Shown here in pieces: positions 21,837 to 32,186 of a DNA stretch of 64,000 bases. The position numbers were made by a program, and so were the translations under genes. This DNA comes from Rhodospirillales bacterium. Its GTDB lineage: Bacteria > Pseudomonadota > Alphaproteobacteria > Bin95. The notes under the pieces were generated by a model. It worked only from the letters and a program-made list of their open reading frames with translations. It was not told the origin of the DNA and did no database searches. Each line of letters opens with the position of its first letter. Within the stretch, counting starts at the first letter, position 1. The stretch covers positions 320,001 to 384,000 of the forward strand of contig JAYQLI010000035.1 of the NCBI GenBank assembly GCA_038143065.1. The letters are read 5' to 3'.

Positions 21837-22223
21837 ATGAAAGCAGAACTTGGTTATCTTGTAGCGTGTTGTGTACTTAGCTTGGTCATTTGGTTGCCCT
21901 ATATCCTAGGCCGAATTTCAGCTTGGGGTCTTATTGAGGCAATGGGATATCCTGCAAAGGAATTGCCTCAGCCGCAATGGGCGTTGCGTTTGCAGAAGGC
22001 TCACAGGAACTTGACTGAAAATCTGGTTCCATTTGGGGGGCTAATTTTGGCAGCTGAAGTTGCTGGTATGACAAACGATATGACTGCTTTGGGAGCTATG
22101 ATTTTCTTCTGGTCTCGCGTTGTCTACACGATCGTGTATGCCTTGGGGATCCCAATACTGAGGACCTTAGCGTTTGCTGTTGGTTTGGTTGGGTGTCTTC
22201 TAGTCGCCAGTGCTTTTTTATAA
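21837..22223 (+). CDS. MAPEG family membrane protein
   Basis: RLQKAHRNLTENL, FFWSRVVYTIVYALGIP.LRT; four hydrophobic segments. Confidence 0.85.
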   Translation: MKAELGYLVACCVLSLVIWLPYILGRISAWGLIEAMGYPAKELPQPQWALRLQKAHRNLTENLVPFGGLILAAEVAGMTNDMTALGAMIFFWSRVVYTIVYALGIPILRTLAFAVGLVGCLLVASAFL

Positions 22224-22260
22224 AACGTCACAGAAGTTTTTTGCCTGATTTAATCCCAAT

Positions 22261-22668
22261 TTAGAGTGGTTTAAATTTGGGGATGGTAAGCTCATCCGAA
22301 ACCTGGTCGAAGAAAACTATAACTGGCATTCCTATCTTGACTGAGTCCACGTCATCTGTGACCACATTCGTCATTATACGTGCGCCTTCTTCAAGGGTGA
22401 TACTAGCGATCACGTAAGGACAGTCATCTGCAAACGCTGCTCCAGCTGGCCGGCGTGCAACTGTAAAACTATAAATTTCTCCTTTACCTGAAGCTTCAAC
22501 CCACTCTACCTGGCTCTCATCTACACCAGGTACTAATTGACGGCTGTACAGGAAAGTTTGGCCGGTTTTATTACAGCGTTGGATCATTAATTTTCCAGCT
22601 CTCGCGCCATCCCAATAGGGCGCAGAGTCTGGGTCGATTGCAGGGACAATTTTTTTATATTCAGTCAT
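22261..22668 (-). CDS. DUF35 / OB-fold acyl-CoA-binding protein (Zn-ribbon degenerate)
   Basis: PYWDGARAGKLMIQRC, SGKGEIYSFTV, PYVIASITLEEGARIMTN, IGMPV.VFF; directly downstream of the thiolase. Confidence 0.88.
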   Translation of the reverse strand: MTEYKKIVPAIDPDSAPYWDGARAGKLMIQRCNKTGQTFLYSRQLVPGVDESQVEWVEASGKGEIYSFTVARRPAGAAFADDCPYVIASITLEEGARIMTNVVTDDVDSVKIGMPVIVFFDQVSDELTIPKFKPL

Positions 22669-22671
22669 AAT

Positions 22672-23850
22672 TTATGGCTTCTCATTGGAAAGAACGACCG
22701 TGGCACCTGAGGATAGAACGCCTCCCGTACCATGACATACCGCAGTTTTTACGTTTGCAGCTTGACGGCCTCCAAGACCCCCCCGAAGCTGCCTGGTTGC
22801 CTCGATAAGAAGGAATATACCGTACATACCAGGATGACAGTAAGATAAGCCGCCTCCATTGGTATTCATTGGAAATTCACCGCTTGGGGCTGTGCGTTGT
22901 CCCTTGACGAAATCTTTCCCTTCGCCACGAGCGCACAGTCCTAGAGCTTCCATTGTTAGAAGAACAGTAATTGTAAAGCTGTCATAGATCATCGCCATAT
23001 CCATGTCCGATGGCTTCAGTCCCGCCATTGCGTAAGCCCGTGATGACGAGTGTTCGGCGACCTCTAGACGTGACATGTCAGGCATATAATTAATGTTAGA
23101 GTGGCTCGCACTCTCTCCATGACCAAGAACATAAATTGGTTTGACCTTCAGGTCTTTCGCGCGTTCCTCGGTGGTCATTACCACTGCTCCACCACCGTCA
23201 GTCACAAGACAACAATCTTGTCTTCCAAGCGGATCAACAATTGGTGCGGCATTGAGCACTTCATCCATTGTAAGTGGGTCACGGAAAGCGGCAGCTGGAT
23301 TGAGGGCAGCCCAACTGCGGGTTGCAACAGCAATTTCGGCTAGTGTTTCACGACTAGAGCCATAGTTATAGAAATGGCGATTAGCTGCCATCGCATAAGC
23401 GCCGGCTGGTGAAGGCAGCCCTGCAGTCATATCGAATTGATTTGAAAAGAGAGCTGGCCTGCCGCCGAGGCTGCGCGCAGCCTGACTTTTCTGCATTGAA
23501 CCGTAGAGGATTAACACAGTGTCACATACACCGGCCTTGATCATCTCATATGCATGCCCGGCATGAAGTACGAACGCAGAGCCACCAACGTTTGAACCAT
23601 CCAAGTATTTCGGCATTCTAATGCCCAAATATTCTGTGAGTAGGTTAGGCTGCATTGCGCCGGGCCCAGGCATGCCCCACATGCCTGCTACAGCTACGCC
23701 ATCAACGTCTGACATAGTGAGGCCAGCCTCAGATAGAGCTTCAATGGCGCAATCGCGTTGCATATTTAACACGTGCGTGCCTGGTAAAGCCCGTCCTCGG
23801 TTTTCCGTTGGGGCATCTGAAACACCAACTATAACAGGTTGTCGCGACAT
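22672..23850 (-). CDS. SCP2-type thiolase-fold protein (Ltp2-like aldolase / acetyl-CoA acetyltransferase family)
   Basis: DCCLVTDGGGAVV, IYDSFT, NTNGGGLSYCHPG, EATRQLRG; NVGGSA at the usual nucleophile position. Confidence 0.88.
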   Translation of the reverse strand: MSRQPVIVGVSDAPTENRGRALPGTHVLNMQRDCAIEALSEAGLTMSDVDGVAVAGMWGMPGPGAMQPNLLTEYLGIRMPKYLDGSNVGGSAFVLHAGHAYEMIKAGVCDTVLILYGSMQKSQAARSLGGRPALFSNQFDMTAGLPSPAGAYAMAANRHFYNYGSSRETLAEIAVATRSWAALNPAAAFRDPLTMDEVLNAAPIVDPLGRQDCCLVTDGGGAVVMTTEERAKDLKVKPIYVLGHGESASHSNINYMPDMSRLEVAEHSSSRAYAMAGLKPSDMDMAMIYDSFTITVLLTMEALGLCARGEGKDFVKGQRTAPSGEFPMNTNGGGLSYCHPGMYGIFLLIEATRQLRGGLGGRQAANVKTAVCHGTGGVLSSGATVVLSNEKP

Positions 23851-23896
23851 GATAGTCCTTTAGTAATTTTGCGTGAATTATAGCAGGAAAAGATAT

Positions 23897-24778
23897 TTAT
23901 TCGGCTGCCATTGCGATATTTTTACCCAGTGCATCATCCTCAATGGTGAGGCGATGCATAATACGTGTGTCAGGCCAATAGTCAGCAACAGCGTAGTGCA
24001 GACTTGAACGATTGTCCCAAAATGCAATGGTGCCTTTTTGCCATTGCAATCGATATTGGAACTCGGGCTTAGCACAGTGGCGAGTTAATAAAGCATGAAG
24101 CCCCTCACTCTCGTACTTTGTTACGCCTAATATTGCAGCTGTAAAACTCTCTGAAAAGTACAGGCAACGTTCCCCCGTAACAGGATGCCGCGGAACTAAA
24201 GGATGTTTAACTGGAGGATTTTCATCTCGCATTTGTATCATTCCCTCCCGGCCAGGACCTTCCCAATTCCTGGCTTTTTCTGGAGAAGAATGCAGGCGCA
24301 TAAAATCATATAAGCCAATTTTATCCTCAAGAAGAGCTCGCATAGGTTCTGAGAGGCCTCTCCATGCTGCTGTAAGTGACACAAAGATAGTGTCACCACC
24401 TATTTCTGGCGGCTGTTCTGCTTTTAAAACAGAGCCAAATTCAGGTTTGGCTCTGAACATTCCATCTGCGTGAAAATGATCAATGTAGGGTGGTCGATCT
24501 CGGTCATTCACGATGACTGAAACCTCACTGCTATCATCTCGCGTCTCAAATGCAGCACGACGAGCTTGACGGAGAGGACCAAAATGTTTTGCAAAAGTGG
24601 CTTGTTCGATTGGCGTAACGTCCTGGTTACGGAAAAATACCACTTGATGGCGCATTAATGCAGCATGAATTTCACGCGCTACGGACTCATCAATGCCAGC
24701 CTTCAGATCAACACCTGAAATAAATGCACCACAATTGCGAGATGCTGGTTGGACTGAAATGTGTGCGTAGTCTTGCAT
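23897..24778 (-). CDS. TauD/TfdA family Fe(II)/2-oxoglutarate dioxygenase
   Basis: HQVVFFRNQ, FHADG (HxD), GGDTIF, HPLV.RHPVTG, FWDNRSSLHYA, RIMHR. Confidence 0.92.
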   Translation of the reverse strand: MQDYAHISVQPASRNCGAFISGVDLKAGIDESVAREIHAALMRHQVVFFRNQDVTPIEQATFAKHFGPLRQARRAAFETRDDSSEVSVIVNDRDRPPYIDHFHADGMFRAKPEFGSVLKAEQPPEIGGDTIFVSLTAAWRGLSEPMRALLEDKIGLYDFMRLHSSPEKARNWEGPGREGMIQMRDENPPVKHPLVPRHPVTGERCLYFSESFTAAILGVTKYESEGLHALLTRHCAKPEFQYRLQWQKGTIAFWDNRSSLHYAVADYWPDTRIMHRLTIEDDALGKNIAMAAE

Positions 24779-24889
24779 CGCATTAGCTCCTTTTCTGCAT
24801 CCTATGTATCCTTAGCTTGTGGCCTCTGGTCAATGGCCATTTTTTGGCTAAAGCTTACATCAATAACAGTATTTCGAGGATGAATTATT

Positions 24890-25675
24890 ATGCGATGGGC
24901 ACGTTACCTTGTCGATGGAAAAGAAACTTTTGGTATTATAAATGGAGAGGACGTTATTGATGTTTTAGGAAATCCATTTGACGGTTTCCAACAAACTGAA
25001 AATAAGCGTTTGCTTTCTTCAACAAAACTATTGGCCCCTGTTATGCCTCGCACTTTTTACGCAGCAGGCCTTAATTATGCTGAGCATGTTCGCGAGGCGG
25101 CAAAGAAGCTTGGACGTTCTCCTGATCTCCCTCAGGCAGCAGATATCGGCTATCGGGCAATAAATTCTATCACCGGCCCAGATGACCCCATAATTGTACC
25201 TGCAGACGCAACAGAGCTCCTACAGTATGAGGGTGAACTTGTCGTTGTTATTGGTAAGGAAGCAAGAAACCTGAACGAAGACAATGTTTTGGACTGTATT
25301 CTTGGATACACTATTGGGAATGATGTTTCGGAGCGCACATGGCAAAAAGGTGACCGCACGATGTGGCGAGGCAAAAACACAGATACTTTTGCGCCCATGG
25401 GGCCATGGATTGAAACCGAATTCAACCTCAGCGAAGCAATGACGTCAGTTCGAGTTAATGGTCAAGAAAAGATTACATTTAAGACGGATTCATGGATATT
25501 TGGAATTAAGGAGTTTCTAATTCGCATGTCAGAGTATTGCACACTTTACCCTAGAGATGTCGTGTGGATGGGCACCGAAGGTAAAACTGACAATATGGTG
25601 CACGGCGACATTTGTGAAATTGAAATTACCGGCCTTGGTGTCCTAAGCAATACTGTTGAATGGCAGGGTAAATAA
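24890..25675 (+). CDS. Fumarylacetoacetate hydrolase family protein
   Basis: GLNYAEH, YEGELVVVIG, GYTIGNDVSER, KNTDTFAPMGPWI. Confidence 0.9.
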   Translation: MRWARYLVDGKETFGIINGEDVIDVLGNPFDGFQQTENKRLLSSTKLLAPVMPRTFYAAGLNYAEHVREAAKKLGRSPDLPQAADIGYRAINSITGPDDPIIVPADATELLQYEGELVVVIGKEARNLNEDNVLDCILGYTIGNDVSERTWQKGDRTMWRGKNTDTFAPMGPWIETEFNLSEAMTSVRVNGQEKITFKTDSWIFGIKEFLIRMSEYCTLYPRDVVWMGTEGKTDNMVHGDICEIEITGLGVLSNTVEWQGK

Positions 25676-25716
25676 TTAATTGTGTCTCTGCGTCCTGCGA
25701 TTGAGTTAATCATAAT

Positions 25717-26867
25717 ATGGATTGGTTTGTACAACACTATGACGTCGCTGTAATCGGTGCAGGTATAGCAGGGGCATCAGTTGCAGCTGAGCTGGCGGGT
25801 TCTTGTCGGGTTGTTTTGCTCGAGCAGGAGGATCAAGCTGGATATCATACGACCGGTCGTTCTGCGGCCGTGTACGCCCCACTTTATGGTCCACAGCCTA
25901 TTCGCGCGCTAACTCGGGCATCTTTGGTGCGCTTCGAGAGGCCGGCGGAAGGTTTTGCAGATAGTCCACTGTTGTCAAAAATTGACGCCTTTTTTGTAGC
26001 ACGACCTGATCAGGAACTGGCGTTGGACACAATGCAAAAAGAGCTGATCGATGTCACAACAGTTCAGCGCGTTGGAGCCTCCGAATTGCTTGCGCGAATT
26101 CCACTGATGCGGGAAGGCTACGCTATTGGTGCTATTTGGGACAGCGGAACTTATGTGATCGATGTTGCAGCTCTGCATCATGAATATCTGCGCCGCTTTA
26201 AAAATGAAGGTGGCAATCTTATTTTGAGATCGGGCGTAATTGGGCTTGCGAGAACTAACCCTGGTTGGTGCATAAAAACCAAGTTAGGTGATATTACGGC
26301 AGACATAGTTATTAATGCAGCCGGAGCTTGGGCTGAGCAGGTTGGTCAAATGGCGAACGCCGAGCATATTGGCTTGGTTCCCAAACGCCGCACAGCGCTA
26401 ATAGTTGATGCACCAAAGGATATAGATGTCGCAGACTTACCATTTGTTGTGGATGTGGATGAGCAATTTTATCTTAAACCGGATGCAGGAAAGTTTCTTA
26501 TCTCACCAGCCAATGAAGATCCGGAAGTCCCTTGTGACGTGCGCCCTGATGAAATGGACATTGCTATTTGTATCGACCGGATAGAGCGTGCTTTCAATAT
26601 ATCAGTTCGGCGGATCGAAGCGAGTTGGGCAGGATTGCGAAGTTTTGTTGCAGATAAATGTCCTGTTGCCGGTTTTTCCTATCAAGCTGAAGGCTTTATT
26701 GGTTGGCAGGTCAAGGTGGATACGGCATTCAATCTGCACCTGCTCTTGCGCAATTAGCTGCGGCTGAGGTGCTAAGACGCCCAATTCCCGAACAAATATT
26801 AAAAGAAGGTCTCGACCTGGCCAAAATTAGGCCGGCCCGGCAAGGGATTGGTCGTGATGTTAATTGA
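25717..26867 (+). CDS. FAD-dependent oxidoreductase, DAO family (D-arginine dehydrogenase DauA-like; indel at ~26700)
   Basis: IGAGIAGAS, GYHTTGRSAA, INAAGAWA, SWAGLRSF. A shifted frame gives WLAGQGGYGIQSAPA to TGA 26865-26867. Confidence 0.85.
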
Positions 26868-26908
26868 AGTAGATAGTGTTAAACTCTTGCACTTGGATAT
26901 GAATTAGG

Positions 26909-26938
26909 CTTGAAAATTCCTTTATAATTTCCATATCT
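26909..26938 (+). promoter_or_regulatory. RpoH (sigma32) promoter of the small heat-shock gene
   Basis: CTTGAA-N14-TTCCATATCT matches the CTTGAA...CCCCATNT heat-shock consensus, ~80 nt upstream of the Hsp20 start. Confidence 0.8.
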
Positions 26939-26941
26939 GTT

Positions 26942-27021
26942 GAGCAGGCTAGCACGGGCTACTAATTAGACGTGTTAGATTGTTCCGCTTGCGCGTTCGC
27001 TTTCAAAGGAGGTTCGCGGTG
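26942..27021 (+). promoter_or_regulatory. ROSE-like RNA thermometer in the 5' UTR of ibpA
   Basis: Hairpin I: CTAGCACG pairs with CGTGTTAG. Hairpin II: the U(U/C)GCU motif in TTCGCTT pairs across a short loop with SD AAGGAG, leaving a bulged G. GTG start at 27019. Confidence 0.7.
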
Positions 27022-27432
27022 ACACGCTACACAGCTTTTAATAGCCCGTTAATGCTGGGTTTTGACCACCTTGAACGGCTCGTGGATAGCGTGGCAAAGT
27101 CATCCGCTGACGGCTATCCACCGTATAACATTGAACAGCTGGATGAAAATTCCATCCGAATAACTTTAGCTGTGGCTGGGTTCGCTCGCCGAGATCTTGA
27201 TGTGCAATTAGAAGATAACCAGCTGTTGATCCGTGGAAGACAGCCAGACGAACAAGAAGACAGGGTTTTCCTCCATAGAGGAATTGCCGGGCGTCAGTTC
27301 CAGCGGAGATTTGTATTGGCAGAGGGGTTAGAGGTCACTGCTGCCAATATGGAAAACGGTTTACTTCATATAGATCTTGAAAGGCCTCAGCCGATTACTC
27401 GTACTCGCACTATCGATATTCAAGGTTCTTAG
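27019..27432 (+). CDS. ibpA: Small heat-shock protein (Hsp20/IbpA)
   Basis: LGFDHL, GYPPYNIEQ, ITLAVAGF, FLHRGIAGRQF, ENGLLHIDL; AAGGAGG before GTG. Confidence 0.92.
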   Translation: MTRYTAFNSPLMLGFDHLERLVDSVAKSSADGYPPYNIEQLDENSIRITLAVAGFARRDLDVQLEDNQLLIRGRQPDEQEDRVFLHRGIAGRQFQRRFVLAEGLEVTAANMENGLLHIDLERPQPITRTRTIDIQGS

Positions 27433-27446
27433 AAAGGGTCAATAGG

Positions 27447-27671
27447 ATGTCTGATAAATCTAGTTATGTTCCAACTGCCAATGACGTTGGTATAGATCTT
27501 GAGAGCATTGGTCTTTCTGATGTTGCGTATCTCCGTGAAGCGGTTGTAGACGGAGTCTCAGGATTTTCAATTCATGCAGCGAATGGCGTAAGTATTGGTT
27601 TCGCGCCTGGTGTTAACACGGCATTAGCAGCAATTATGACCAATGGGATGGAAATCGTTCAACTTCACTGA
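27447..27671 (+). CDS. DUF1150 family protein
   Basis: VAYLR..FSIHAANG.. ending in LH; sits directly after Hsp20, as is typical in Alphaproteobacteria. Confidence 0.75.
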   Translation: MSDKSSYVPTANDVGIDLESIGLSDVAYLREAVVDGVSGFSIHAANGVSIGFAPGVNTALAAIMTNGMEIVQLH

Positions 27672-27716
27672 ATAATTCTCATTTTCAGATTTCACGCTTT
27701 AGAGTACGGTCCATAA

Positions 27717-28977
27717 ATGATGGACCCTACCCAATTTTTAAAATCCCTTTTTGATGTCGCCGTTGAGCGAGCGCACCCCAGGATTGTGCTTAAACAAGCT
27801 TTGCCGTCAGCTCCAATTAGTGGTCGTGTGATTGTTTTAGAGCTGGGAAGGCTGCTGCTTCAATGGCTGCAATGTTAGAAGCATCTTGGGATCGCCCGCT
27901 AGAGGGGATTGTGGTCACTCGCTATGGCCATGGGTTACCTCTTCAATCAATTGAAGTGGTAGAAGCAGGTCACCCGATGCCGGATGCAGCTGGTGCTGAT
28001 GCCGCGAAGCGTATATTGGACTTAGCCTCCAGCGCGCAGGAAAATGATACCGTTATATTTCTTGCATCCGGAGGTGCGTCAGCTCTTCTAGCATTGCCGG
28101 ATGTAACAGTTCCTCTCCGTGATAAGCAGATAGTAACAAACGATCTACTGCGATCAGGTGCAACCATTCATCAGATGAATGCTGTTCGAAAACACCTTTC
28201 CAGTATTAAAGGTGGAAGATTGGCAGAGGCGGCCTCTCCAGCAAGGGTTTTAACCTTTGCGATTTCTGATGTTCCTGGAGATAATCCAGATGTCATTGGT
28301 TCAGGTCCCACAGTTCCTGATGAAACGACGCTTTCAGACGCATTGGCTGTTCTTGAAGCTTTTGAAATTAAGTCTCCAAGTTCAATAATTTCAAGATTGA
28401 GGAACCCCTTATCTGAAACCCTAAACAGGGGGATCCAATCTTCAACAACACAGAATTTCATATGATTGCTACTCCTCACGACGCTCTACTTGCCGCAAAG
28501 ATGGAAGCGGAACGACAGGGCGTTTCAGCAGTTATTCTCTCAGATAGGATAGAAGGAGAGGCCCGTGAGGTGGGCAAAGTTTTGGCTTCGTTAGCTAAGC
28601 ATACTGCTGATCATGGCGAGCCTTTTAAAAGACCAGTTGTACTGCTTTCAGGAGGTGAAACTACTGTCACTGTAAAAGGGTCTGGGAGGGGAGGGCGCAA
28701 TGCCGAATTCCTCTTAGGGCTAATGTTAGCTTTAGAGGGACATTCTCAAATTCATGCTATTGCTTGTGATACGGATGGGATTGATGGAAGCGAAGATAAT
28801 GCTGGTGCATGGGTCGGGCCGGAAGCTTTGAAGCAGTTACAGTCTATGAACATCGACGCAGCAGCTTGTTTGAATGATAATAATGCACACGCTGTATTCG
28901 AGGCCCTTAATTCATTGATTGTAACAGGACCGACACTTACCAACGTTAATGATTTCCGTGCGATACTGATTGCGTAG
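27717..28977 (+). CDS. Glycerate 2-kinase / MOFRL family, TtuD-like (indels at ~27840 and ~28425)
   Basis: GKAAASMA, EAGHPMPD, SGGASAL, VRKHLSSIKGG, SDVPGD..IGSGPT, GGETTV, GGRN, TDGIDG, TGPTLTNVNDFRAIL. Confidence 0.9.
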
Positions 28978-28992
28978 AGATGGAGTAATCTG

Positions 28993-30435
28993 ATGAAGCG
29001 GCCTACAATCCGCCGCCAGCGGAACGTGAAAGTGGTGGCTACTCTTGGGCCATCAACAACAAGCTATGAGCAAATTCGTGCTGTATACGAAGCTGGTGCT
29101 GATGTTTTTCGTTTAAATTTTAGTCACGGAGAGCACGCCGAGCATGCTGCTAGAATGGAGATAATCCGGCGTATTGAGCAGGAATTTGGTCGACCAATTG
29201 GTGTTATGGCTGACATGCAAGGCCCTAAACTAAGGGTGGGGCGTTTTGAAAATGGGAAGGTTACCCTAAATGAAGGCGATAAATTCACGCTTGATCTAGA
29301 CCCCTCTCTAGGTGATAGCTCAAGAGTTCAACTCCCGCATAAAGAAATTTTACAGGCATTAGAGCCAGGCGTCGCTTTGCTTCTCGATGATGGTAGAATT
29401 CGTCTTAACGTACTGGAATGTAGTTCTGATGGCGCCGAAACTGAGGTTGTTGTTGGTGGTACCTTATCGGATCGCAAAGGTGTGAATGTCCCTGGTGTAA
29501 TTTTGCCGCTTTCGCCGTTAACTGAAAAGGACAAGAAAGATCTTGCTTATGCTCTTGAGATTGGTGCTGATTGGATAGCCCTATCTTTTGTTCAAAGACC
29601 AGAGGATCTGGCTGAAGCAAGAAAGCTTTTAGACGGACGGGCTGGCCTAATTACTAAGTTTGAAAAGCCAGCCGCTCTTCGGCATATGGACCAACTTGTT
29701 GAGCTGTCAGATGCCGTTATGGTGGCGAGAGGGGATTTAGGTGTTGAGGTCCCACCTGAAGATGTTCCTTTAGCACAAAAACGGCTGGTGCGATCCTGCA
29801 GGAGAGCAGGGAAGCCTGTCATTGTGGCAACCCAGATGCTCGAGAGTATGGTTACGGCTCCAACTCCAACACGAGCTGAAGCTTCAGACGTTGCAACCGC
29901 TATTTTTGATGGTGCAGATGCGATTATGTTGTCTGCTGAAAGCGCAGCTGGTCAGTATCCGGTTGAGGCAGTGTCAATGATGCATCGAATAGCTGTGCGG
30001 ATTGACAATGATGAGAGTTATCGCGAAGCATTGAATGCAGCGAGAGATAAGCCAGAAAAAACGGCCTCTGATGCAATTTCACAGGCGGCACGCCAGGTCG
30101 CAGAAACCATTTCAGCTTCCGTAATTGTTACATACACTACCTCGGGTTCAACAACGCTTCGAGCAAGTAGAGAACGGCCGGAAGCCCCCATTCTTGGGCT
30201 AACTTCAAGACTTGAAACTGCTCGTCGGCTCTCACTTGCTTGGGGTGTGCGTCCTGAACACACTGAGGATGTATCTAGTTTCGCAGAGATGGTGCGAAAG
30301 GCGTGTAATATCGCTTATCAGCGCGAACTAGCGAAACTGGGTGACCGAGTTGTTATTACTGCGGGAGTTCCATTTGGGACCCCGGGGGCAACAAATATCT
30401 TAAGGATTGCTTGGATAACAGGCGACGAAGCCTAA
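28993..30435 (+). CDS. pyk: Pyruvate kinase
   Basis: KVVATLGP, FRLNFSHG, DMQGPKLR, MVARGDLGVE, ATQMLESM, PTRAEASDV. Confidence 0.97.
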   Translation: MKRPTIRRQRNVKVVATLGPSTTSYEQIRAVYEAGADVFRLNFSHGEHAEHAARMEIIRRIEQEFGRPIGVMADMQGPKLRVGRFENGKVTLNEGDKFTLDLDPSLGDSSRVQLPHKEILQALEPGVALLLDDGRIRLNVLECSSDGAETEVVVGGTLSDRKGVNVPGVILPLSPLTEKDKKDLAYALEIGADWIALSFVQRPEDLAEARKLLDGRAGLITKFEKPAALRHMDQLVELSDAVMVARGDLGVEVPPEDVPLAQKRLVRSCRRAGKPVIVATQMLESMVTAPTPTRAEASDVATAIFDGADAIMLSAESAAGQYPVEAVSMMHRIAVRIDNDESYREALNAARDKPEKTASDAISQAARQVAETISASVIVTYTTSGSTTLRASRERPEAPILGLTSRLETARRLSLAWGVRPEHTEDVSSFAEMVRKACNIAYQRELAKLGDRVVITAGVPFGTPGATNILRIAWITGDEA

Positions 30436-30448
30436 CAAAGGAATAAAT

Positions 30449-31312
30449 ATGACCGATGCGGTGAAAGCGCGGATGGCTTCGACTGTACTTCTGATGCGTG
30501 ACGCGCCAGAGGGGCTCGAACTTTTTATGGTGGTGCGTAACCATCAAATTGATTTTGCCTCTGGTGCTTTAGTTTTTCCCGGTGGGTCTGTTGATCCTAG
30601 CGATAACGACCCTCGGCTCCGTTCTGTATCTGACGGTGTGGATGATGTTTCAGATGAAATGCTGGCGTTAATGGTCGCCGCGGCGCGTGAGGCATTTGAG
30701 GAATGTGGGGTTCTTTTGGCAAGGTCAAATGGTTCTAACGATTTGATTCAAGGGGATAGAGCAAATGAGTTAGGGCTTAAATATCGTGAAGCCCTAGAGA
30801 GTAGTCGTTTGGGAATGATCGATATAGCACAGGCGGAAGACATTCGCTTAGCACTTGATCGATTGGTACATTTTGCACATTGGATTACTCCTGCGCATAT
30901 GCCAAAGCGATTTGACACCCATTTTTTCTTGGCTGAGGCACCTTCGGATCAGCTGCTCGCCCATGATGGCCACGAGTCAATTGATTCAGTGTGGATCAGA
31001 CCTGCCGATGCCTGCAGTGAAGCAGATGACGGCAAAAGAACAATCATTTTTCCAACCCGATTGAATGTTGAAAAAGTAGGTAGAAATAGATCAGTGGGTG
31101 AGGCTATAGCAGCAGCTCGCTCTTCAAAGGTAGTTACTGTTCAGCCAGTGAGTGAGATGGTAGATGGTGGGCGTATAATGCGTATCCCGGAAGAAGCTGG
31201 GTATGGGGCGGCAGAACTTTTTGTCGAAGGAAAACCTGGAAAGGCTGCCCGAATTCGTTATCCGGATGGTCGAGAACGGGATACAGAAGTTGCTATGGCC
31301 TCTAAAGAGTGA
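30449..31312 (+). CDS. NUDIX hydrolase (NUDT19-like, possibly acyl-CoA diphosphatase)
   Basis: LVFPGG, AAAREAFEECG Nudix box, HWITP..PKRFDTHFF, IFPT. Confidence 0.85.
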   Translation: MTDAVKARMASTVLLMRDAPEGLELFMVVRNHQIDFASGALVFPGGSVDPSDNDPRLRSVSDGVDDVSDEMLALMVAAAREAFEECGVLLARSNGSNDLIQGDRANELGLKYREALESSRLGMIDIAQAEDIRLALDRLVHFAHWITPAHMPKRFDTHFFLAEAPSDQLLAHDGHESIDSVWIRPADACSEADDGKRTIIFPTRLNVEKVGRNRSVGEAIAAARSSKVVTVQPVSEMVDGGRIMRIPEEAGYGAAELFVEGKPGKAARIRYPDGRERDTEVAMASKE

Positions 31313-31345
31313 TCATTTTAACGAACTTTCAATCGAAGAATTACA

Positions 31346-32186
31346 GTGAATAATTTACTAATCTTTGGGCTTGGCTATACAGGACAGCGTCTTGCACACA
31401 GCCTACAGCGGGAAGGTTGGGAAGTATTTGGAACTGTTAGAACAGCAGACAAGATAAAGCAGCTTAACGCTCAGGATTTGCAACCAGTTCTGTTTGAAGA
31501 GGTTGGTGATTTAATTCCAAAGGCAACACACATTCTCTGCAGTATTCCTCCAGGTGAAGAGGGTGATCCTGCTATAAACTCTTACGCCTCTGCCTTCAAA
31601 GTTAAGAAGTTTCAATGGGTGGGATATTTTTCAACCACAGGTGTTTACGGTGATTTGGGGTGATATGGCCACTGAAGTAACGCCAACAAATCCATCAAAT
31701 CTTCGCTCTTTGCGCCGGGTTCAAGCTGAACATAACTGGCAACTCCTCACCCCATCAGCACATGTTTTTCGTCTCCCAGGCATATATGGTCCGGGCCGAA
31801 GTATTCTCGACCGTATTAAAGGTGGGCAATCTTCTTATACCAAAAAGGTGGGCCATCGTTTTAGTCGTGTTCACGTGGATGATATTGTTGGTGCTGTTAT
31901 CGCTTCAATTAACAAACCGTGCCAGGGTAGCACTTATAATATAGTTGACGACTTGGCCGCAGAGACTGATGACCTTATTAAGTTTTCGTGCGGTCTGCTT
32001 GGCTGTTCAATTCCTGAGGCGATTCCATTTTCACAGGCAAATCTCTCGCCTATGGCCAGAAGTTTTTATTTAGATAATCGTACCGTTAGCAATGCTCTGA
32101 TGAAGTCTGATTTAAATTATACGCTGAAGTATCCGACTTACAGAGAAGGTCTCAAAGCAATATTTGATAGTTATTCCGCTGGATGA
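31346..32186 (+). CDS. Atypical SDR / NAD-dependent epimerase family protein (indel in the G-run at ~31660)
   Basis: IFGLGYTG, YFSTTGVYGD, FRLPGIYGPGR, FSRVHVDDI, LKYPTYREGL. Confidence 0.88.

Noticed and set aside
27717-30435. Glycerate kinase-pyruvate kinase pair as a novel module
   Set aside because: Matches the known ttuD-ttuE arrangement; ordinary.
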